Assembly (NCBI RefSeq): GCF_009734345.1
Contig: NZ_CP032551.1
Span: 1,800,001-1,832,000 of the forward strand
Origin: Pseudidiomarina andamanensis
GTDB lineage: Bacteria; Pseudomonadota; Gammaproteobacteria; Enterobacterales; Alteromonadaceae
DNA length: 32,000 bases
Reading direction: 5' to 3'
The notes under the pieces are model-generated. The model was not told where the DNA came from. It did not search any database and was given only the letters and a program-made list of their open reading frames with translations. Numbering within the stretch: position 1 is the first letter of the stretch; the number at the start of each line of letters is the position of its first letter. A program made the translations under genes and the position numbers. Shown here piece after piece: positions 15,819 through 24,382 of the stretch.

Positions 15819-18386
15819 TTAATTTTCAGAAACTAGATTAATGTTTTCGATGAGTCGTTGTTGCCATTGCGGAATTGGCGCTGGTTTACCAAACAGGTAA
15901 CCTTGGAACTTTTTGCATCCGAGTGCTTTAAGGTGTTCAAGCTGCTTTTCGGTTTCTACGCCTTCAGCGATGACAGAAAAATTTAAATTTTCGCCCAAGC
16001 CTAAAATGGTTTTTATAATAATTTCGTCGTTCGCATCAGCTAACATATCACGCACAAATGATTGGTCGATTTTGAGCTGTTGTAACGGTAGTTTTTTTAA
16101 ATAGGCCAACGAGGCATAGCCCGTGCCGAAATCGTCGAGCGAAAACCGTACGCCAAGGTCGCCTAATTTACACATGCGTTTAACGGTCACTTCGATATTG
16201 TCGATAAGCATACTTTCGGTGATTTCAAGCTCCAACAAACCGCGCGGCAGGCCCGCTTCGTGTAGACAATGTTCAACTTGTGCGACAAAACCACCGTGAC
16301 GAAATTGTCGCGGACTAATATTCACCGCCAGCGGAATACTTTTCAACGCGTCAATTTGCTGCCAATCCCGCAATGTTCGGCAAGCTTGCTCAATCACCCA
16401 GGTGCCGATGGGAATAATTAAGCCACTGGCTTCGGCTATTGGGATAAATTCGGCAGGAGCAATCGTGCCTAAATCAGGATCGGTCCAGCGCAACAATAAT
16501 TCACCTGCAATAACCTCGTTACGCGAATTGACTTGAGGTTGCAGATAGACATCAAGCTCTTGATGCTGCACCGCTTTACGCAACGCTGATTCAATCAACA
16601 TACGCCGACTAATCGCTTCTTGCATGGCTGGATTGAAAAAGCGGATGGATCCACCCCCTTGTGATTTAGCCTCCGAAATTGCCAAATCCGCATTTTTGAG
16701 CAAGCCCGCAGCATCACCTTGGCTATCGGAAAACATGGTAATCCCAATACTCGCTGAGGTTGTATGCTTGATATCGCCCAGATCAAACGGTTGCGCCAAA
16801 ACATCCAATATTTCGCGAGCCCAATTTCGCACTTCCATAACCGCCTGATCCGCATCTTGGCTGACATCTTCGAGAATCACCAAAAAGTCATCCGACCCTA
16901 ATCTTGCGACGGTGTCGGTTTCATCAACGCGCGCGCGAATGCGTTGAGCGACTTCCTGTAACAGCTTATCGCCCGCAGCATGACCAAAGGTTTCATTAAT
17001 AACCGTAAAATGGGTGAGATCAATTGCCACCAGTGCGCCTTCGTAGCCCGTACGTGCGGCACTGGTGACCGCGTGCTCCAAGTTTTGGAGCAGCAGTTTA
17101 CGATTGGCGAGCCCAGTAATATTGTCGTAATACTCCAATTTGTTGAGCGATTCCTTAATATGAATATGCTCGGTAATATCTGTTGAGATTCCACAAAGAG
17201 CGTAGACCTGATCGTGGGTATCTTTTAGCGGGATTTTCACGGATAAAAAGTGTCGAACATCGCCGCTTTGTGTTGCGTTATCTTCTTCCTCTGAAACGCG
17301 CAAACCTTGCTCGATAACACGGCGATCGTTCTCGCGTAAATGTTGGCATGTTTTTTCGTCAAAAAATGCGGCATCGGTTTTGCCGATAATTTGCTGCGGT
17401 GTCGTACCTAAATAATCACAAACTTTTTTATTGGCATATTGATAACGAAGCTCGCGATCTTTAATAAAAATATAGGCTTCAACTGAATCTAAAATGGTAT
17501 TGAGCTTTAACTCACTATGCGCGAGTTCAAGTGTGCGCTCATGTATTCGACGACGTAACAGGAGTGACACACCGATCACTAATAGCAAAGCACTCGCAAG
17601 CCCTATCACCAACGACCAAGGGAATGGCTCTGGTGCGCTAGGATTGGCGCGCCACTTTTTTAAAGTTTCGTACAATGGCGATTGAGGATCTTGTTGCCAA
17701 TCACTCAAATATTCATCGATTTTATCGAGTACAGGTTGAAGATCAGCGCGGGTTGCGACGACAAATAATCGTGCTGGCTGGAACATGACAGGGGTTGGCT
17801 CTAAGCCTAAATCTCGAGCTTTAATATCCCCATATAAATGATTTGCGGCCACAGCTTCAGCTCGCCCATCAACGACCGCCTGAAAACCCGCATCAAACGA
17901 ATCGACTGGGATTAATGTGACATTTAAGCCGAAATTTTTCGTAATGTCAGCAAGGTAGCTTTCTTGAATCGAATTATCGAGAACCGCGATTCGTACGTTA
18001 TCTAAATCAAGAAGCGTGGTGACTTTTAATGTGCTCTTGCCGTACAACTGTGACCATGAGTGAAGAAAGGGGATTTCATGAAAGCGGAATGTTTCATCGC
18101 GTTTCGTACTTAAAGCAACATCCGGCATTAAATCAATGTCACCACTTTGCAGTAACGATAAACATTGATTCCAGTTACAAGGTACCGCTTCGATGCGCCA
18201 GCCTTCGCGGCTCGCGATTTGCATCAATAATTCGCCAAATATCCCGGATATTTGGTCATCTTTCACCAATATTTTGGGTGGGTTTTCATAAACCCCGACG
18301 CGCAATGTTATTGGTTGTGAGAACGCGACTTGAACCCATACAAGTACGGCGACACTCGCAACGAACAGCCCCCAAAACTTTCGCAA
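15819..18386 (-). CDS. Periplasmic SBP(type 3)-TM-PAS-GGDEF(degenerate)-EAL signalling protein, predicted c-di-GMP phosphodiesterase
   Basis: The signal/TM is followed by an amino-acid-binding-protein-like domain (LRVGVYENPP...DLMPDV...), a second TM (WSLVIGLASALLLVIGVSLLL) and a PAS domain. The GGDEF domain has the A-site RLGSDDF, and DETD occupies the RxxD I-site position. The EAL domain has ELLLRW, NISPRQF, ELEITES, DDFGTGYASL, EGVETE and QGYLFGKP. The start codon is a TTG. Confidence 0.88.
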   Translation of the reverse strand: MRKFWGLFVASVAVLVWVQVAFSQPITLRVGVYENPPKILVKDDQISGIFGELLMQIASREGWRIEAVPCNWNQCLSLLQSGDIDLMPDVALSTKRDETFRFHEIPFLHSWSQLYGKSTLKVTTLLDLDNVRIAVLDNSIQESYLADITKNFGLNVTLIPVDSFDAGFQAVVDGRAEAVAANHLYGDIKARDLGLEPTPVMFQPARLFVVATRADLQPVLDKIDEYLSDWQQDPQSPLYETLKKWRANPSAPEPFPWSLVIGLASALLLVIGVSLLLRRRIHERTLELAHSELKLNTILDSVEAYIFIKDRELRYQYANKKVCDYLGTTPQQIIGKTDAAFFDEKTCQHLRENDRRVIEQGLRVSEEEDNATQSGDVRHFLSVKIPLKDTHDQVYALCGISTDITEHIHIKESLNKLEYYDNITGLANRKLLLQNLEHAVTSAARTGYEGALVAIDLTHFTVINETFGHAAGDKLLQEVAQRIRARVDETDTVARLGSDDFLVILEDVSQDADQAVMEVRNWAREILDVLAQPFDLGDIKHTTSASIGITMFSDSQGDAAGLLKNADLAISEAKSQGGGSIRFFNPAMQEAISRRMLIESALRKAVQHQELDVYLQPQVNSRNEVIAGELLLRWTDPDLGTIAPAEFIPIAEASGLIIPIGTWVIEQACRTLRDWQQIDALKSIPLAVNISPRQFRHGGFVAQVEHCLHEAGLPRGLLELEITESMLIDNIEVTVKRMCKLGDLGVRFSLDDFGTGYASLAYLKKLPLQQLKIDQSFVRDMLADANDEIIIKTILGLGENLNFSVIAEGVETEKQLEHLKALGCKKFQGYLFGKPAPIPQWQQRLIENINLVSEN

Positions 18387-18438
18387 GTAGATAACCTTTT
18401 TTAATAAATTGAGTTAAAGATATAGCAGTGATTATCAA

Positions 18439-18900
18439 TTAAAACCAGCGCCGAACCTTTTTTCGATAAAAGATAAATTCATCGCCAAATTTTTCCTCTA
18501 GAATGCGCTCTTCTGGAATAATCTGATAGCGATTTATGAATAAAATATAGACAACTAGCCATAACAACGCAGGCAAGCTCGCCAACCACACGCCCCAACC
18601 AGCCAAAGCTAATAAAAATCCAAGATACATCGGGTTGCGCGTGAAACGATAAATACCACTTGCCACAAGAGCACTACTGGCGTTCGGGTTCATCGGGTTT
18701 GCGGTGGTTTTCGCCTGGCGAAATGCAACAACGCCAGCGACAGCAATAAATGAACCTGCCGTCACTAAAGCAAAAGCGAGTGCTTTTGCATCTGTAAAAT
18801 GCCAAGGTTCCATCGGTATCAACTTGGCTGTGAAAGCCATGAGGCCGGCAATAACGAGCACCACGACAACTGGTGGAATTTTTAACTCTAAAGTTCGCAT
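18439..18900 (-). CDS. Isoprenylcysteine carboxyl methyltransferase (ICMT)/phospholipid methyltransferase family membrane protein
   Basis: About 4 TM helices. Motif GIYRFTRNPMYLGFLLALAGW, and C-terminal EERILEEKFGDEFIFYRKKVRRW. SD AAGGAG lies upstream. Confidence 0.8.
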   Translation of the reverse strand: MRTLELKIPPVVVVLVIAGLMAFTAKLIPMEPWHFTDAKALAFALVTAGSFIAVAGVVAFRQAKTTANPMNPNASSALVASGIYRFTRNPMYLGFLLALAGWGVWLASLPALLWLVVYILFINRYQIIPEERILEEKFGDEFIFYRKKVRRWF

Positions 18901-18935
18901 TCCGATACTCCTTATTTATCGCTAGATTTGATACC

Positions 18936-19514
18936 ATGAGTGGCGTTATGTCACACAATACTATTGCTTTGAATCAACAGCGTCAGCCACTAGACCACCT
19001 TGAGTCGGTCTGGTTATTTGGCTATGGCTCATTGATTTATAAAGCGGATTTCCCTTATATACAACGTCGACCTGCAAAAATTCATGGCTGGTTACGGCGT
19101 TTTTGGCAAGGTTCGCACGATCACCGCGGCACACCCGAAGCACCCGGTCGCGTCGCAACATTAATTGAAACACCTGGCGCAGTATGCGCCGGTATGGCCT
19201 ATGAAGTCACGCCCGATGTGTTTGCTCACCTTGATCATCGTGAGAAAAATGGTTATCTGCGCTTTTTTACTGAGTTTGAGTGGCTCGATGGTTCGGGCTC
19301 GGTAACCGGCTTAGTTTATGTTGCAGGCCCAGATAACGACGCCTTTTTAGGCGAAGCACCGGAAACGGAAATTGCAGCCCATATTGCGCGTTCAGAAGGG
19401 CCGAGTGGACCCAACGATGAGTATTTACTGAAGCTAGCAGATGCCTTGCGTGAGCTAGGCGAACACGATGACCATGTGTTCGCCATTGAGGCGGCGCTAA
19501 AAAAGCAGGCTTAA
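18936..19514 (+). CDS. chaC: ChaC-family gamma-glutamylcyclotransferase (glutathione-specific)
   Basis: Motifs: WLFGYGSLIYK, GWLRRFWQGSHDHRGTPEAPGRVATL, REKNGY, and GPSGPNDEYL in the C-terminal part. The start is uncertain (ATG at 18936 or 18948). The track start at 18873 would overlap the divergent gene. Confidence 0.8.
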   Translation: MSGVMSHNTIALNQQRQPLDHLESVWLFGYGSLIYKADFPYIQRRPAKIHGWLRRFWQGSHDHRGTPEAPGRVATLIETPGAVCAGMAYEVTPDVFAHLDHREKNGYLRFFTEFEWLDGSGSVTGLVYVAGPDNDAFLGEAPETEIAAHIARSEGPSGPNDEYLLKLADALRELGEHDDHVFAIEAALKKQA

Positions 19515-19987
19515 GCTTGTTTCTTCGCCGGTTTTTCCGAAACGTAAATCGTGATGGTGCCGTCAATTACCATGGTTCCGTCGGCTCGAAAGCCTTGCAC
19601 GGATACCGGTAAGTCACCAACTTGCCAAGCAGCCGGATCGCTTTTAGCTACAATTCGAATATCACTGTCAGCTTTGGCGGTGTAGTTCACCTGCATCCCT
19701 TTTGGAATCCAGCGCAGATGCTTGGGAATGGATGCTTCTGCTAATGCTCCCATTGCCATTTCTAAACCATTACACAGCGCAATGGCATGTACCGTGCCAA
19801 TGTGATTTGCAACCGCCTTACGTTTTTTAAATGTCAGCACGCAATGATTCGGTTCTAAGACTTCAATGGTTGGTTTAATGGTTTTGAAATAGGGTGCTTT
19901 TGCGGCAAACATACGCGAAAAAAGCGCGCGCCCAAAAGGATACTTCAACGTTTTATGGTAAAGCTTCAACAAGTAATTATCAGTCAT
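19511..19987 (-). CDS. Hotdog-fold thioesterase (DUF4442/PaaI-like)
   Basis: 158 aa. Motif NHIGTVHAIALCNGLEMAMGALA followed by beta-rich sequence, typical of 4HBT/PaaI-like hotdog proteins. This is a family-level call only. Confidence 0.6.
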   Translation of the reverse strand: MTDNYLLKLYHKTLKYPFGRALFSRMFAAKAPYFKTIKPTIEVLEPNHCVLTFKKRKAVANHIGTVHAIALCNGLEMAMGALAEASIPKHLRWIPKGMQVNYTAKADSDIRIVAKSDPAAWQVGDLPVSVQGFRADGTMVIDGTITIYVSEKPAKKQA

Positions 19988-20001
19988 GATTTACGCCATT
20001 T

Positions 20002-20940
20002 TTAAATGTTCAGCAGCAAGAATCCAAAACCAATTCGGTTCTGACGATGATTATAGTCAAGTAATGTCTCGCCGTAGCCCGAGAAGAACTGTATATAGAA
20101 GCGCAGACCATCTGGCTTGCTTGAATTCACTGGGTGGGTGAAATCAAGTTGCCATGAGCCTTTATCCCACGAAAGCTCGCGGGTAATTCGCGTCAAACTA
20201 TACGTGCTGAGTGAGCTCCGCCATGAAAAGCGATTTTCAAAGTTACCTCGGTAACGCACTAAATCTGGGTTATCATCGTCATCACCAGTTTCATTAATCC
20301 GTTGCTTCCAAGTGGTTTCCCAAATAACAGGGCCCCATTCAGCCGCACCACCGAAGTAAATGTAGTTCCAACTACGTGAATCGGGCTTGCGTTGTCCGTT
20401 CGACTCATGCGCTAAGCCAGCCTTGGCAAAACGCACTTCAGCATCACCGGGTAGAAAATCCCACGTGTCTTTCCAAGGCAGAATATAAAACACTTCTGGC
20501 TTATAGTTGGTGCTACGAAACGGTGAAGAATCTTCTGAATTCCAAGCCTGCCACAATGAAGTTTGCGAGTAAGCCACCCATAAGTCACCGTCTAACAGAA
20601 GATCTTCAAGTAGCTTGGTGCGAAGTGATAACTGCAGCTTCACCTCATTCGGCTTAGAACTCTCTAATGGCGTACCCGCACCACGTGAAGGCGAGCTCGG
20701 TTGCATGTTAATATTCGAGCTATGATGTACCGGCAGAATAAAGTTGGGATTAAATGTTCGTAACTCGAAAATGCCGCGTTTTTGCTCTTCCCCAAGCTCC
20801 CAAAAACGTCCAATCAAATCAATTTCTTTGAATGTCTCGGCGTCAATCTCTTGCTCTTGCTCAGTTTCGGACAAATCCTGTCCGTACACTAAAGGTGTCA
20901 CCAGAAGTAATGCGATAAGACTCGCTTTACGCATCCACAT
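20002..20940 (-). CDS. pldA: Outer-membrane phospholipase A
   Basis: Signal peptide; catalytic motif GLAHESNGQ (His-x-Ser-Asn-Gly); barrel strand pattern ending in ...GFGFLLLNI. Confidence 0.88.
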   Translation of the reverse strand: MWMRKASLIALLLVTPLVYGQDLSETEQEQEIDAETFKEIDLIGRFWELGEEQKRGIFELRTFNPNFILPVHHSSNINMQPSSPSRGAGTPLESSKPNEVKLQLSLRTKLLEDLLLDGDLWVAYSQTSLWQAWNSEDSSPFRSTNYKPEVFYILPWKDTWDFLPGDAEVRFAKAGLAHESNGQRKPDSRSWNYIYFGGAAEWGPVIWETTWKQRINETGDDDDNPDLVRYRGNFENRFSWRSSLSTYSLTRITRELSWDKGSWQLDFTHPVNSSKPDGLRFYIQFFSGYGETLLDYNHRQNRIGFGFLLLNI

Positions 20941-21961
20941 AGTACTTCTCCACTAGGTCTGCGCCACACAGTAACGACGGCGTGTAATAACCACCTTGCG
21001 GCGATTGCGCCATAATGAATTGTGCGACATCCACACCACCGTAACTCGTGAGTTTGTAGCCATTCATTACTTTAATACGCAGCGTTTGCACTTCGCCTTT
21101 ATCATTTTTGGCCTCACCCCAAACATACGTAATGGCCTGCTCAAGTTGCTTGTCGCTTGGCCCGGGTGGCTGCTGCTCAATTTTCTTCTCAAGAAATTTT
21201 TTCATAAATTCAAAACGCAGCAGCCAACGGAACCAATTCAAACGTTTTAATTTTTTCACAAGGTTTGGCGACGCTGGAATATACACTTCAATGTTAGGAA
21301 TGCCGCTGGTGTAATAAGCCGTTGAGACATCACCCCAAGGGATTGTCATGGCGAATTTCTCACCGTTTCCAAAATCTATATAGCGGGTGTGATAAGCCAA
21401 TGGCACGCTGGTGATCTTGCCATCTTGGCGAACTGCACCGCCTTCGCCTAACCGACGAACACTCGTTTTAGCCGTACCGCGACTCATGCGCGAAGCAGAA
21501 TCAAAGCCAAGAGTCAGTGATGTCGCATCGGGTAGTTGTTGCTTAAGCTTTGCTGCCACACAGTCAGTTGGAATAACGTCAAAACCCACGCCTGGACATA
21601 ACACCACGCCTGCATCTAACGCTCGTTGATGTTGTGCGTGTGCATATTCAAATACGCCCAACTCACCGGTGATATCGGTGTAGTGGGTTTTGCTGGCAAG
21701 ACACGCTTCAATCATCGGCGCTGCGGTGACTTCAAACGGACCGGCGCAGTGCACCACGACATCAATGTCCGCTAATGCTTGCTGGAGCGCCTGAGTATCA
21801 GTTAAATCAACCACAACCGATGGTAATTCAAGCTCGCCAGCAAGACGGTGAATGGCTTCGCTATTACGCCCTGCAAGTACTGGTGTTAACCCTTGGGCTT
21901 TGGCGTGTTTTGCCATGAGTGTGCCGGTGTAGCCATTGGCACCATAAATCATCCATTTCAT
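20927..21961 (-). CDS. Saccharopine dehydrogenase-like NAD(P)-binding oxidoreductase
   Basis: Rossmann N-terminus MIYGANGYTGTLMAKHA and VVHCAGPF. Its length and C-terminal domain are typical of the Sacchrp_dh_NADP family proteins found in bacteria. Confidence 0.7.
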   Translation of the reverse strand: MKWMIYGANGYTGTLMAKHAKAQGLTPVLAGRNSEAIHRLAGELELPSVVVDLTDTQALQQALADIDVVVHCAGPFEVTAAPMIEACLASKTHYTDITGELGVFEYAHAQHQRALDAGVVLCPGVGFDVIPTDCVAAKLKQQLPDATSLTLGFDSASRMSRGTAKTSVRRLGEGGAVRQDGKITSVPLAYHTRYIDFGNGEKFAMTIPWGDVSTAYYTSGIPNIEVYIPASPNLVKKLKRLNWFRWLLRFEFMKKFLEKKIEQQPPGPSDKQLEQAITYVWGEAKNDKGEVQTLRIKVMNGYKLTSYGGVDVAQFIMAQSPQGGYYTPSLLCGADLVEKYYVDA

Positions 21962-21962
21962 A

Positions 21963-22421
21963 TCATTTCTCTCGCATTTTTGTTACGGCGCTGGTGGCAT
22001 TATGCATACGTGCCGCAGCAGCTACTTCTTTGCTGACAATGGTTTTCCCGACTGGAGATAACGCCACGCCAGCCAGCTTTAAGTGCTGAATGCCGAACGG
22101 AATACCAATAATGGTAATAAATAAGGCAATGGCTGATACGAGGTGCCCTAACGCCAACCACCAACCGAGGAAAACAAACCACAGTACATTCCCGAGACAG
22201 CCAAGGCTACCCGTGCCGAGATCGCCTCGCTGGGTTAACTCTTCGCGGTCAATGGCTTCTTGACCAAATGGGAAAAATGAGAACATGCCAATAACGAAAC
22301 ACGAACGACCCCATGGAATTCCAACGATAGTGATAAATGCGATTAAACCTGCGAACCACCAGCCCAGCCCCATGATGGCACCGCCCAATATAAACCACAG
22401 AATATTTCCTAATGTACGCAT
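21963..22421 (-). CDS. yccF: YccF-domain inner-membrane protein
   Basis: The motif is duplicated: GNILWFILGG...GIPWG and GNVLWFVFLGWWLALGH...GIPFG. The stop lies 1 nt from the next gene's start. Confidence 0.8.
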   Translation of the reverse strand: MRTLGNILWFILGGAIMGLGWWFAGLIAFITIVGIPWGRSCFVIGMFSFFPFGQEAIDREELTQRGDLGTGSLGCLGNVLWFVFLGWWLALGHLVSAIALFITIIGIPFGIQHLKLAGVALSPVGKTIVSKEVAAAARMHNATSAVTKMREK

Positions 22422-22551
22422 GTTGAATGTCCTTTTACGCGCAAAATGTACCAGATAGCCTCAGTGTAAATCGCAAAAGGTTTGTAAACCACCTCGAAAT
22501 TTTTTCTGGCTTAACTATGTTAGTAAGTAACATCAAAACAGGAGGTTGATT

Positions 22552-22956
22552 ATGAAAACTTTACAGGCATTGATTTTGGCATCATTGGCAACCGTTTCGT
22601 TGACCGCTTGCTCACAACAAGAGCAAGAAGATACGCGTGAAAAGGCGCAATCGTCACTGGAACAAGCCACTGAAGCCACTAAACAGGCGGCTGGCGACGC
22701 AGCAGATTTTGCTCGTGAAACCGCCGAACGCACTGGCGACTTTTTAAGTGACAGTGCCATCACAGCGCGCGTGAAAACGGCATTATTTGAAGCTGACCAA
22801 GTCAGTGCCGGAAACATTAATGTCGAGACCATCAACGGCCATGTTGTACTTAGCGGGGTTGTCGCAACATCTGAAGAAGCCGACCTTGCTGTGCAACTTG
22901 CACAAGGCGTTGAAGGTGTGAAATCAGTAGAAAATGATATTGAAGTGCAAGAATAA
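22552..22956 (+). CDS. BON-domain lipoprotein (OsmY-like)
   Basis: Lipobox SLTAC. BON domain: ITARVKTALFEADQVSAGNINVETINGHVVLSGVVATSEEADLAVQLAQGVEGVKSVENDIEV. The ATG at 22552 has SD GGAGG 6 nt upstream. The track start at 22546 is a TTG. Confidence 0.85.
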   Translation: MKTLQALILASLATVSLTACSQQEQEDTREKAQSSLEQATEATKQAAGDAADFARETAERTGDFLSDSAITARVKTALFEADQVSAGNINVETINGHVVLSGVVATSEEADLAVQLAQGVEGVKSVENDIEVQE

Positions 22957-22977
22957 CCTTGAGCTCTGATAGCTAAG

Positions 22978-23004
22978 ACGGCGCTCTCGGGCGCCGTTTT
23001 TTTT
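22978..23004 (+). terminator. Rho-independent terminator
   Basis: ACGGCGC-loop-GCGCCGT followed by T8. Confidence 0.85.
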
Positions 23005-23108
23005 CTAAACATGAATCACGATATGACTTATGCCAAAGTCGAATAATCCAAACCGTGCTGGTATGCGTTACACTCTTTATAGCAACGTTTTTTATCAAGG
23101 AGCAACGC

Positions 23109-23972
23109 ATGTCGAATACTTATACCCCACCAAAAGTTTGGCAGTGGGATCAAGAAAGTGGCGGTAAGTTTGCCTCAATTAATCGACCAATTGCTGGCGC
23201 AACGCATGACAAAGAGCTGCCTGTAGGAAAACACCCGCTACAACTTTACTCATTGGCCACCCCTAATGGCGTGAAAGTAACGGTGATGTTAGAGGAACTA
23301 CTCGAACTTGGTATCACTGAAGCTGAATACGATGCGCATTTGGTACAAATTCTAGAAGGTGACCAATTCAGCAGTGGTTTTGTTGCCGTCAATCCGAATT
23401 CAAAAATCCCTGCGTTGCTCGATGTGAGCACCCAGCCACCGAAGCGCGTTTTCGAATCGGGTTCCATCTTGCTGTATTTGGCAGAAAAATTTAATGCGTT
23501 CATACCTAACGAGCCCGCGAATCGAACCGAAACATTAAATTGGTTGTTCTGGCAAATGGGTAGTGCGCCACTGCTAGGCGGTGGATTCGGCCACTTTTAT
23601 GCCTATGCGCCGGAGAAGTACGAGTATCCGATTAACCGCTACACCATGGAAATTAAACGCCAACTGGATGTATTAGACCGCCAATTGGCGGAAAATACCT
23701 ACATTGCTGGTGACGAATACACCATTGCCGACATGGCAATATGGCCTTGGTACGGCGCACTAGTAACTAATCAAGTGTATGATGCAGCCGAGTTTATTGA
23801 AGCGCATAAGTACAAAAATGTTCTGCGTTGGGCAGAATTAATTGCCAAGCGTCCAGCAGTACAGCGCGGACGTATTGTCAATAAAACCTGGGGTGACTTA
23901 AATAAGCAGTTACATGAACGACATGATGCCAGTGACTTTAAATTGAGAACGCAGGATAAATTAGAGAAATAA
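23109..23972 (+). CDS. yghU: Nu-class glutathione S-transferase (YghU-like)
   Basis: Motifs: YTPPKVWQWDQESGGKFASINRPIAGATHDKELPVGKHPLQLYSLATPNGVKV, FESGSILLYLAEKF and WLFWQMGSAPLLGGGFGHFY match the YghU/YfcG family as I recall it. The ATG at 23109 has SD AAGGAG upstream. Confidence 0.85.
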   Translation: MSNTYTPPKVWQWDQESGGKFASINRPIAGATHDKELPVGKHPLQLYSLATPNGVKVTVMLEELLELGITEAEYDAHLVQILEGDQFSSGFVAVNPNSKIPALLDVSTQPPKRVFESGSILLYLAEKFNAFIPNEPANRTETLNWLFWQMGSAPLLGGGFGHFYAYAPEKYEYPINRYTMEIKRQLDVLDRQLAENTYIAGDEYTIADMAIWPWYGALVTNQVYDAAEFIEAHKYKNVLRWAELIAKRPAVQRGRIVNKTWGDLNKQLHERHDASDFKLRTQDKLEK

Positions 23973-23982
23973 TAGAGAGAAG

Positions 23983-24009
23983 AGCCGCGCTACAATGCGC
24001 GGCTTTTTG
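23983..24009. terminator. Terminator hairpin between convergent yghU and the GlsB-family gene
   Basis: AGCCGCGC-TACAAT-GCGCGGCT followed by TTTT on the + strand. Confidence 0.7.
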
Positions 24010-24016
24010 GTACTAA

Positions 24017-24262
24017 CTAAGCTTTCTTAAAGGCGCGAACAATAAAGAGTAAGACCACAGCGCCAATCGTGGCGACAACGATACTCCAGATGATACCGCC
24101 ACCGCTCGATACCCCTAAAAAGTTAAACAGAAAACCACCTATCATCGCACCAATTACGCCGATAACCATGTTGCCGATGAGACCAAAGCCGCCGCCTTTC
24201 ACTAACGTGCCTGCAAGCCATCCGGCAATGATACCGACCAATAAGAACCATAAAATGCCCAT
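24017..24262 (-). CDS. GlsB/YeaQ/YmgE family stress-response membrane protein
   Basis: About 81 aa and Gly-rich, with 3 TM helices: GILWFLLVGIIAGWLAG...GFGLIGNMVIGVIGAMIGGFLF. The ATG at 24262 is correctly spaced from SD GGAG. Confidence 0.8.
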   Translation of the reverse strand: MGILWFLLVGIIAGWLAGTLVKGGGFGLIGNMVIGVIGAMIGGFLFNFLGVSSGGGIIWSIVVATIGAVVLLFIVRAFKKA

Positions 24263-24333
24263 GATCATCTCCTTTTTCTTGTTTTAACAGGTTCTTAGTA
24301 AGCGTAGCAGGAGTTTGAAATAAATAAACTTGC

Positions 24334-24354
24334 ATACCTAGCAGATCTAGGTAT
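24334..24354. promoter_or_regulatory. 21-bp palindromic operator 1 (ATACCTAG-N5-CTAGGTAT), between a candidate -35 and -10
   Basis: Read directly. The candidate -35 TTGCAT (24330-24335) and -10 TATAAG (24352-24357) are 16 nt apart. Confidence 0.65.
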
Positions 24355-24361
24355 AAGCTTT

Positions 24362-24382
24362 ATACCTAACAGTTCTAGGTAT
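24362..24382. promoter_or_regulatory. 21-bp palindromic operator 2 (ATACCTAA-N5-CTAGGTAT; the outer 7 nt of each arm pair, the innermost position does not)
   Basis: Read directly. It is a near-identical second copy starting 28 bp downstream, over the predicted transcription start of padR. Confidence 0.65.

Noticed and set aside
22533-23012. 159-aa minus-strand ORF rich in Ser/Ala/Cys/Thr
   Set aside because: It lies fully antisense to the well-supported BON-domain lipoprotein gene, which has an SD, a lipobox and a terminator. Its low-complexity composition is typical of a shadow ORF.
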